Shown: positions 17,821 through 25,381 of the stretch, in pieces | Layout of the letters: the number at the start of each line of letters is the position of its first letter | Numbering within the stretch: the first letter of the stretch is position 1 | Origin: an uncultured Lachnospiraceae bacterium | GTDB lineage: Bacteria; Bacillota; Clostridia; Lachnospirales; Lachnospiraceae | DNA length: 64,000 nucleotides | Assembly: GCA_947575805.1 (NCBI GenBank) | Contig: CANPOY010000010.1 | Coordinates: 164 to 64,163 of the forward strand | Direction of reading: 5' to 3' | Notes under the pieces: generated by a model | The model's input: the letters and a program-made list of their open reading frames with translations, nothing else | Database searches by the model: none | Told to the model about the DNA's origin: nothing | Position numbers and translations under genes: made by a program

Positions 17821-20493
17821 TTGATACAAGACATGAAGACAGGTACAGGCACGGATATTCACCAAACAGTAAATGCGGAGGATATGATTATGGATAATAT
17901 AAGGGAGCCTTTAAAACCGTCCGGCGGCAGAACGCCGGAGACCGGGAACCGTGAGCAGCAGAGTGGGATGCAGAGCGTTCAGAATCTGGAGGCCATCATC
18001 AATGAGGGCCTTCGAACCGCCTTGCTGGAGAGGACTCCGGATCAATCCCTGGAGGTACTGCTGAAGCATCTGGGAAATGCGTTGAGCGGGGAGCGGACCT
18101 ATATATTTGAAAAGAACGAGTCCGGCGGTGATGACAATACCTATGAGTGGGTGGCTGACGGGGTGACACCGGAAAAGGAGAACCTTCAGGATGTTCCCCC
18201 GGAGGTATGTGCCGTCTGGTATCGAAAATTTGAAGTCGGCAGATTTATCGTCATTCATAACCTGGAAGAGACGCGGGAGGAAGACCCGCTTATGTATGAG
18301 ACGCTGAAACCCCGGAATATTCATTCCCTTGTGGTGGTTCCTCTTTATGACGACGGAAGGCCCATCGGTTTTTACGGCGTGGACAATCCGCCTGCAAAGT
18401 CACTGGAATACGCCTCAAATATGCTCCAGACCGCGGCATACTTCATTGTCTCTTCTTTGAAAAGGCGTAATCTTGTTCGTGAGCTTCAGAAGCGGAGTGA
18501 TCAGGTTCTTCACGCGCTCAGCGTGGATTATCTTGGTATCTATCAGGTGAACTTCGATACGGGCGAATGTGAGATATACCGGGACAGTGAGCAGCTGAGG
18601 ATGGATTGGGCAGTCAATTGCGAGGATGGTTATGAGACGGCCATGGAAAGGTATATATCCAGGTATGTAGTCCCCGGGGATCAGGAACGGCTTCGGCTGG
18701 TGACAAAAAAAGACTATGTGCTGGATCAGCTCAGGAGAAAGAATAAGTTTTATGTCCGGTATCAGGTGAAAGATAATTCTTATGGGCTGAAACATATGGA
18801 GATTCATTTTTCTGCCAGGGAGGAACTGGTGGAAGGCAACAGTGCGATTTTTGCCCAGCGGGATGTAAATGCCGTGGTGGAGCAGGAAGAGAAGTATAAA
18901 CTGGAAGCAAGGCAGAGCCTGGAGAGCATTCTGGAAGGAGCCAGAACCGGTATCTGGACCATTGAGCTGGAGGAAGGGTGCCGGCCGAGGATGTATGCAG
19001 ACCGAACAATGCGGATACTTTTGGGAGTACCGGATGGGATTGAGCCGGAGGAGTGCTATCAGCGCTGGTATAAAAATATTGAGCCGGGTTATGTGGAAAT
19101 GGTGCAGGAATCGGTGCGGGAGATGATGGAAACCGGGCGTGCCGAAGTGATTTACCCCTGGAATCATCCTGAGCTGGGGAAAATATATGTCCGCTGTGGC
19201 GGCGTGCCGGACAGGAAATTTAACAAAACGGGGGTCTGCCTGAGCGGATACCATCAAGACATCACGGAAACTATGGTAACCCGGAAGAAGCAGGAGCAGG
19301 CCATTTTGGAGCTGCTGGAGAAAGTTAGACAGGCAAACTCGGCAAAGAGTGAATTCCTTTCCCATATGTCCCATGATCTCCGTACACCCATCAACGGGAT
19401 TCTGGGAATGCTGGCCATTATGGAGAGAAGCCAGGAGGATCCTGAGCGGCAGCGGGATTGCCGGGAAAAGATCCGTGTATCCACGGAGCATCTGCTGTCA
19501 CTGGTCAACGACGTCCTTCAGGTCAGCAAGCTGGAAAGCGGAAGACCTTCGGAGATAGAAGAGCCTTTTGAACTTCATGACATATTGGAAAGCTGCATTA
19601 TGATTCTGTCTGCTCAGGCAGAAACGGCAGGGATTCGTCTGGTGCTGGAAGAAGCGGACATACAGCATGTGAGGCTGATTGGAAATCCACTGCACCTGAA
19701 ACAGATCCTGATGGGTATTATCGACAACGGGATCAAATATAACCGGCCCAACGGCTCTGTAGTGATCCGGGTAAAGGAGACCGGCTGCGAGGAAGGGATT
19801 GCAAGTTATCGGTTTGCGATCGAAGATAACGGAATCGGTATCGGGGAGGACTTTAAAAAGCATATTTTTGAACCCTTTACTCAGGAACATCAGGGTGCAA
19901 GGACGCACTATAACGGCGCCGGGCTTGGCATGTCTATTGTGAAGAAGCTGGTAGATCAATTAGAGGGGACCATTGAAGTAGACAGTCAGATTGGCAGGGG
20001 AAGTGTATTTTATGTTACACTGCCCATACATGTAGACCAAGCGTGGAGTGCTGAGCCTTTGGAGGAGGAAGGGGATATACAGGCAGATATAGCCGGGATG
20101 CGCGTCCTTCTGGTGGAGGATAACGAGATCAACTGTGAGATTGTGGAGTTTATGTTGGAGCAGGCGGGCGCTGAGGTGGTGACTGCCAACGACGGAAAGG
20201 CGGCCGTGGATGCTTTCGAAGCCTCTGCACCGGGAAGCTTTGACTGCATACTTATGGATTTGATGATGCCGGTTATGAGTGGGTATGAGGCGGCCCGGGT
20301 GATTCGCGGATTAGACCGGCCGGACGCGGAAGCAGTGCCTATTATAGCGTTATCAGCTAACGCATTTGAGGAGGATGTGGCAATGACAAAGGATGCCGGA
20401 ATGAATGAGCATCTGGCAAAGCCGGTGGACATCAACGAAGTGTTCAGGGCCATGCGCCGGCTGAAAGGGGTGACGGAAGGAGCAGAAGAATGA
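17821..20493 (+). CDS. Hybrid histidine kinase (GAF, PAS-like, HisKA, HATPase, receiver); exact start uncertain
   Basis: GAF (NTYEWVADGV...GFYGVDNP), FLSHMSHDLRTPINGILG, DNGIGI, GAGLGMSIV, VLLVEDN, ILMDLMMP. Confidence 0.92.
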   Translation: MIQDMKTGTGTDIHQTVNAEDMIMDNIREPLKPSGGRTPETGNREQQSGMQSVQNLEAIINEGLRTALLERTPDQSLEVLLKHLGNALSGERTYIFEKNESGGDDNTYEWVADGVTPEKENLQDVPPEVCAVWYRKFEVGRFIVIHNLEETREEDPLMYETLKPRNIHSLVVVPLYDDGRPIGFYGVDNPPAKSLEYASNMLQTAAYFIVSSLKRRNLVRELQKRSDQVLHALSVDYLGIYQVNFDTGECEIYRDSEQLRMDWAVNCEDGYETAMERYISRYVVPGDQERLRLVTKKDYVLDQLRRKNKFYVRYQVKDNSYGLKHMEIHFSAREELVEGNSAIFAQRDVNAVVEQEEKYKLEARQSLESILEGARTGIWTIELEEGCRPRMYADRTMRILLGVPDGIEPEECYQRWYKNIEPGYVEMVQESVREMMETGRAEVIYPWNHPELGKIYVRCGGVPDRKFNKTGVCLSGYHQDITETMVTRKKQEQAILELLEKVRQANSAKSEFLSHMSHDLRTPINGILGMLAIMERSQEDPERQRDCREKIRVSTEHLLSLVNDVLQVSKLESGRPSEIEEPFELHDILESCIMILSAQAETAGIRLVLEEADIQHVRLIGNPLHLKQILMGIIDNGIKYNRPNGSVVIRVKETGCEEGIASYRFAIEDNGIGIGEDFKKHIFEPFTQEHQGARTHYNGAGLGMSIVKKLVDQLEGTIEVDSQIGRGSVFYVTLPIHVDQAWSAEPLEEEGDIQADIAGMRVLLVEDNEINCEIVEFMLEQAGAEVVTANDGKAAVDAFEASAPGSFDCILMDLMMPVMSGYEAARVIRGLDRPDAEAVPIIALSANAFEEDVAMTKDAGMNEHLAKPVDINEVFRAMRRLKGVTEGAEE

Positions 20494-21051
20494 TATTGTG
20501 ATGTCCTTACACCACTTTTGATTGATGACATCCGCCTCAAAGTCGCACTTGAGAATATTTGCCTTATCGTTTGGTACGGTGTCATGGTTGGCAGGATGGT
20601 TATATTTCTTTACTACTACGGAACGAAGCCCTTGTGCAGCCATATGCTTCTGTGCCTGTTTTACCCCCGGCCAAATTTTTCGTACTCTTTCTGCCTGTTT
20701 GAAGGTGCACAAGCCAGAGCCTTGTAATAAGCGCTCCTTGGAAATTTCAAGGCTCTGTCAGTCTTAAGACGTTGGTTCTCTTTCCGGAGCGCCTTATACT
20801 CCTTGAGGGTGACCGTTTCCTCATCCGATACTTTGATCGGTGAGAGCTGTTTAGCCCGGTTGCTGAGTGCGTTCCGCTTTACGCCATATTCACGTTCCGG
20901 TTGTGGATTCGAAGTTCCTCCGGCATTCTACAGATCCATGATCTGCTGCTCAAATTCCGGAGTGTAAGATTTTTGGTTTTTCGCCATGTTGAACACTTCC
21001 GTTGCTCTTTCATTTGATAGTATAGGTTGTTCAACTTTTCCTGTCTATTCC
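20494..21051 (-). mobile_element. Degenerate IS3-family insertion sequence (left end, orfA and partial orfB)
   Basis: orfA-like MAKNQKSYTPEFEQQIMDL* (ATG 20987); orfB-like RSAYYK...NILKCDFEADVINQKWCKDIT; IR-like end GGAATAGACAGGAAAAGTTGAACA at ~21051; DDE core absent. Confidence 0.8.
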
Positions 21052-21071
21052 TATATACTAAAACCAATTTC

Positions 21072-22466
21072 TCACTTTATGAACTCTGCCACAATATTGG
21101 ATATGTCCACATCTGTGCCCTCATGGAGTATTTCCAAAAAGCTCTCCGTCGTAGCAATACTATACTGATACCTCTGACAATAATTCGACAAAATAGTGAG
21201 AAATTTCTCTTTTCCTACAGCGTCCATCAATGTTTTAAGGAACATAGCGCCTCGATCATAAATGACCCACTGATAGACGGATGCTTCGTCACAAGGAACA
21301 TTCACCTTTTCGTCCGCTGCGCCATTGCTTGCGATGTCCTTTAGCTCCCAATAAGGAAAGTCTATATTTCCCTCAGCATCCAGACACAACCCAGTGGCAA
21401 AATCCGAAAAGCCTTCATCCAGCCAGGGTTCCTGATTCTCATCGTTACCGACAAGACCATAAAACCATTGATGGGCCACCTCGTGAAAGGTATTTATCTT
21501 CATACTGATCTGCTCTGAACCAAATAGAACGGTAATCAGTCCCGAATATTCCATATTGGGCGAAAAATTGGTTCCTAAAGCACTGTTGGTGACAACTAGC
21601 GTATCATAAGGATACTGTACAAATATGCTGTTAAAGTATTCCAGAGAAAAAGCAGCACAGTCCATAACATACTCCATGCGCTGTCGTGTCACGTTGTCTG
21701 CCGTTTCATTAAAATAGCCTAAAATCGCTGTACTGCCCACCGTCCGCTCTAAAAGTACATAGTCCTTACAGGCAAAAACCATAATGTCTCGCCGTTTTTC
21801 TGCCCTGTAAGAATATGTCGTGATACCGTCGCTGGTCTGTCGGGAAAGTTCATCCCCATTACATGCCAAGATATATGTTTCCGGTACACGAATGGTTAAG
21901 TTATAGTCCGCCGCAGCTCCATAGCGTCCGTCACCGTTCTCCGGCAAAGGGGCAGTATCCCAGCCGTTTTGATCATACATTGCCAACTGCAGCGAGAACA
22001 TAGGTAGCTGCACGTCGCCGTCACGTGACACGCCGTACATGCTCTCCAAATCGGGAATCAATATCTCACAAGCAAAGGTTAGCTCTATGGTCTGTTCCGG
22101 CTCCAACTTCTGCGCTAGCTCCACACAATACAGCACGCCCTCCTGCTCTCTCTGCCATTGCAGTGCGTTTCCGTCCTGATCCTGCACAGATAAAACTACA
22201 ATATCCCCGTTCTCCACTTGGCGCAGGCCCTTAAATTTATTGCCGTAAATGTGGAAATATAGTGTTTTCGTACTGCCAGAACCTGTGTTTATGATCTCGA
22301 TCGTCTCCGTATAAGCCATATGTCGCATTTCCGGATCCAAATCTGCATCAATGGCATAGGTTGTCTCAAAAGATAACTCTTCCTTTTGGCTGCACCCGCA
22401 CATAGCCGTAAAGCAAGTCAGCAAAAGCAAGAAAATAATAAGTACCTGTATAGGTCTCGTTTTCAA
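21072..22466 (-). CDS. M1-family zinc aminopeptidase, predicted lipoprotein
   Basis: HEVAH-X18-E (WLDEG), NMEYSG, YDRGAMFL; TTG 22466 with a GGAGG RBS; signal peptide ending MCGC. Confidence 0.88.
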   Translation of the reverse strand: MKTRPIQVLIIFLLLLTCFTAMCGCSQKEELSFETTYAIDADLDPEMRHMAYTETIEIINTGSGSTKTLYFHIYGNKFKGLRQVENGDIVVLSVQDQDGNALQWQREQEGVLYCVELAQKLEPEQTIELTFACEILIPDLESMYGVSRDGDVQLPMFSLQLAMYDQNGWDTAPLPENGDGRYGAAADYNLTIRVPETYILACNGDELSRQTSDGITTYSYRAEKRRDIMVFACKDYVLLERTVGSTAILGYFNETADNVTRQRMEYVMDCAAFSLEYFNSIFVQYPYDTLVVTNSALGTNFSPNMEYSGLITVLFGSEQISMKINTFHEVAHQWFYGLVGNDENQEPWLDEGFSDFATGLCLDAEGNIDFPYWELKDIASNGAADEKVNVPCDEASVYQWVIYDRGAMFLKTLMDAVGKEKFLTILSNYCQRYQYSIATTESFLEILHEGTDVDISNIVAEFIK

Positions 22467-22494
22467 ATAGTACCTCCATCTGAATTGCAATTAA

Positions 22495-22584
22495 AGTCTG
22501 CACATTGGATAATTGCTTTTTTATTTCATTTACTGTTGTTGTTTTCCCGCCTGCTGTTACGGCGGCTATCGCAATCACTTTCAT
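22495..22584 (-). pseudogene. N-terminal fragment of a P-loop kinase-like gene
   Basis: MKVIAIAAVTAGGKTTTVNEIKKQL (Walker A) with an RBS, interrupted by the upstream region of the M1 peptidase. Confidence 0.6.
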
Positions 22585-22604
22585 AAAATCACTCTTCTAT
22601 CATC

Positions 22605-22631
22605 TATGCACAAAGTTTAAGTTTGTGCATA
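22605..22631. terminator. Hairpin downstream of the TA operon
   Basis: TATGCACAAA-7 nt-TTTGTGCATA, perfect 10-bp stem. Confidence 0.55.
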
Positions 22632-22661
22632 AGGTGTATTTCACTCTCAAACGCCGAGGGC

Positions 22662-22840
22662 TTATTGTTGATGCTCAATAATCCATTGTAAAATTTCCTT
22701 TTCACCAATATCACCGGATGCCAATGCAAGAATGACATCGCTTAACTCCTTTTGGCTGTAGGACAATTCATATCCGTTTAATACAAGAAAAATTAACATA
22801 AATGGAGTTTTAGTACCTGTTCTTTGCTTAAAATAATCAT
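22662..22840 (-). pseudogene. doc: Fic/Doc toxin with the catalytic core deleted
   Basis: ATG 22840 overlaps the antitoxin stop: MIILSKEQVLKLH, then an out-of-frame jump to MLIFLVLNGYELSYSQKEL...; no HxFxDGNKR motif. Confidence 0.8.
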
Positions 22841-23079
22841 GTTGCAAGAACCTCATATGCTTCCGTATTCTGTTTTATTAACCGGTCAGATATTGCAAAG
22901 ATATCTTCATTACTGGCAATTTTTTCCTTTTCCGCTTTACTGAAATCAATGACCAAATATCTGGGTACATTATTTTTCAGAATAACCGCCGTTCCATGTT
23001 CGTCAACTACTTTGGCTACTTTTGAAAAATTTTGATTTGCTTCTGTAATTGAAATCATTGTGTTTGTATCTATTGTCAT
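22837..23079 (-). CDS. Phd/YefM-family antitoxin
   Basis: ISITEANQNFSKVAKVVDEHGTAVILKNNVPRY. Confidence 0.9.
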   Translation of the reverse strand: MTIDTNTMISITEANQNFSKVAKVVDEHGTAVILKNNVPRYLVIDFSKAEKEKIASNEDIFAISDRLIKQNTEAYEVLAT

Positions 23080-23434
23080 TCTATATGCACCTCACTTCCA
23101 CTTAAATTATATGTAAATTCTAGCTAGAAAACAACCTATTTTCCATTTTGATTGTCGTATAATTAAATTCTGCCCTTGTAAGTTACCCATAAGGACAAAA
23201 ACAAGGGAAAATACATATTGTAAAATTATTGGAAAATCAATATTTTCCTGATATAATGAAGTGGCTTGCATATGCGGCATTTGCTATAGTTACCGATTAT
23301 GCTCAGGAGGTATTAAGCATAGCCCTTTATGATGCATTTACCTCCCTGCCTGAATAATCTGCCGATTTTAGACTGTTCAGCGATAGTTTGTATTGCCGGA
23401 GGCGGCATTGCGGGAAAACAGGAGGGACAAGAAT

Positions 23435-23692
23435 ATGAGCGGTGAAAACGAATTGCTGGGAAACCTGGAAAAGCTGCATACTACGGAGCTGGACGTCGAG
23501 AGGATAATAAGAAACCTTTCCCTGGATGTTGAGGATGTGGCAGAATGGTGTCGGGAGCAGGTTAGCTCGGCCCGGGCGGATATTTCAAGAAAAGGGAAGA
23601 ACTGGTATGTCAGTGTGGATGGCTGTGTAATTACGGTAAACGCGTACAGCTATACCATTATAACAGCGCATAAGGAAAAGAAGAAACGTTGA
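23435..23692 (+). CDS. DUF3781-like small protein
   Basis: LHTTEL...RIIRNL...GKNWYV...ITVNAYSYTIITAHK; RBS ggaggg. Confidence 0.75.
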   Translation: MSGENELLGNLEKLHTTELDVERIIRNLSLDVEDVAEWCREQVSSARADISRKGKNWYVSVDGCVITVNAYSYTIITAHKEKKKR

Positions 23693-23737
23693 TCCGTTGG
23701 GAGTCAAGTCTATAGCTGACAGCATGGAAGGCCTGTA

Positions 23738-24355
23738 ATGAGCAGAGAGAAAAAGACAGGGAAACTCCGGATGATTGTCATAGCCGTTATTATTAGTGCC
23801 ACGTTGGCAATAATCGGACCCATGTGTTACGGGAAATATCAAATCAGCAAAATACCGGAGCTGTCCTTTGCGGAGGTTTTGGAATATACGACAAAGGATA
23901 ACGAGGATGCCTGCATTACTGTGGGGATTGTGAAGGGCGGGCAGGTTTCCTGGAGGGTATATGGAGAAAACGGGAAAGAGCTTCCGGCAGAAGGAAAGCT
24001 GTACCCGATCATTTTTGCCCAAAACAAGTTGGGACTGACTAATATAAAAATTTCTGAACAGGACGGTGACCTTGGAAATTACTGGGACAGGAAGTCAGAC
24101 GATGCGTATTTGGCGGCAGGCACCATTACATCCGATATAACGGATATGCTTTCCTACGCACAAATGCAGCTTTCGGATCATCCATATTTCACCGAATGTC
24201 ACAAGAGTCTGAAATCAATCAATGCGTCTACCAAAGACTATGAGACTATGGGCATCCATCTGGATGAGATCGGGATGGCGTGGATTATAGATGACAAAAG
24301 CGGTATAATATGGCATAATGGTGGTACGGGAAATTTAAAAACTATTACTCCATAG
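23738..24355 (+). pseudogene. Serine hydrolase (beta-lactamase-like) with an in-frame internal deletion and a truncated end
   Basis: N-terminal TM segment, ITVGIV...VYGENG, DAYLAAGTITSDITDML, WHNGGTG; no SxxK nucleophile motif. Confidence 0.65.
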
Positions 24356-24420
24356 CAAGTGCAGTGTGTCCAAAGGACGCTATGGGTAAATCTTAATAAC
24401 ATCATTTTGGAGGTTGGGGA

Positions 24421-24861
24421 ATGGTAATAAAGGCAGAACTCAAAGATATAAGCACTGTGGCAAGTCTGGCAGTGCAGATGTGGGAGGACAATACGGTAGA
24501 GGATCTGATTCAGGAGTTTACGGAAATTCTTTCCAAGGGTAACGCCCGGTTCTTTTTAAAATATGAAAATGACATTCCTGTAGGATTTTCGCAATGCCAG
24601 CTGCGCTCGGACTATGTGGAAGGAACGGAGACGACTCCTGTGGGTTACCTGGAAGGCATTTTTGTCAGGGAAGAATATCGGCATATGGGATATGCGAAAG
24701 AACTGCTGGCTGCATGCGAAGCATGGGCCAGGGATCAGGGCTGCCGGGAGTTTGCCAGCGACTGTGAGCTGGACAATACGGAAAGCTATCATTTTCATAT
24801 GGCCGTGGGATTTACGGAAGCAAACAGGATTATTTGTTTTACTAAAAAAATTCTCAAGTAA
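24421..24861 (+). CDS. aac(6'): Aminoglycoside 6'-N-acetyltransferase-like GNAT
   Basis: QLRSDYVEGT...PVGYLEGIFV...GCREFASDCELDN...FH.AVGFTE..RIICF, typical of the AAC(6')-I group. Confidence 0.75.
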   Translation: MVIKAELKDISTVASLAVQMWEDNTVEDLIQEFTEILSKGNARFFLKYENDIPVGFSQCQLRSDYVEGTETTPVGYLEGIFVREEYRHMGYAKELLAACEAWARDQGCREFASDCELDNTESYHFHMAVGFTEANRIICFTKKILK

Positions 24862-24935
24862 GTATTCTCTTAAAATTCATGGCTCTCTTTCTAAAGCGTC
24901 TATTCAAAGTTTTCCTGTGACAGTTGATTGGCTCG

Positions 24936-24986
24936 GCATAGCATATACATACCAGTTCAGCCTGAACTGGTATATATATGCTATGC
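24936..24986. repeat. Near-perfect 24-bp inverted repeat with a 3-nt loop
   Basis: GCATAGCATATACATACCAGTTCA-gcc-TGAACTGGTATATATATGCTATGC, one mismatch. Confidence 0.9.
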
Positions 24987-24998
24987 TGTTAAAACCAA

Positions 24999-25027
24999 TT
25001 GACAAAAGGACTGGGGGGGGGTAAAAT
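24999..25027 (+). promoter_or_regulatory. sigmaA promoter with a G9 homopolymer in the spacer
   Basis: TTGACA(24999)-aaaggactGGGGGGGGG-TAAAAT(25022); spacer exactly 17 nt. Confidence 0.75.
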
Positions 25028-25252
25028 GCGATAAGAAGCTGCGGACATTGGCTTTGGAGCAAAAAAAGGATAAACATGTTATTCAGGAGGCATACCGCCA
25101 TGAAATGTTTAAACCATCCCACGATCCGGAACCAACGCAAAATAATAAGCTGAATCAGAAAAAAATTCAGGAATTATGCAACCGGCTGTATTCTCTATTC
25201 GTTCTATGTGTGTAAGGACCAAACCCCGAACAGGACGAAAGGAGAGGAGAAA

Positions 25253-25378
25253 ATGTCGGATGGTTTTATCAGGCAAGTGATTCAGGCGGTTATCGAATCA
25301 TTCCCCATAGATCGGGCGAAAAAAACGGATATGTTACGGAGGATCACGGATCCTAAAAAGAAAAAGGGGGAGCAATAA
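25253..25378 (+). CDS. Unannotated 41-aa small protein
   Basis: RBS aaggagaggag; MSDGFIRQVIQAVIESFPIDRAKKTDMLRRITDPKKKKGEQ*; stops 3 nt before the next ATG. Confidence 0.55.
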   Translation: MSDGFIRQVIQAVIESFPIDRAKKTDMLRRITDPKKKKGEQ

Positions 25379-25381
25379 AAT

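Noticed and set aside
18415-19491. 358-aa minus-strand ORF, and similar antisense ORFs at 8564-9505, 10387-11223, 45922-46734 and 54931-55845
   Set aside because: Each lies wholly over a well-supported gene on the other strand and has no RBS or domain evidence.
20700-20800. Programmed -1 frameshift of the IS3 element
   Set aside because: The orfA/orfB overlap region appears deleted and no slippery site is recognisable.
25104-25157. 17-aa ORF (MKCLNHPTIRNQRKIIS) after caggagg in the poly-G leader
   Set aside because: It is too short to support from sequence alone; it may be a remnant. Its coordinates are approximate.
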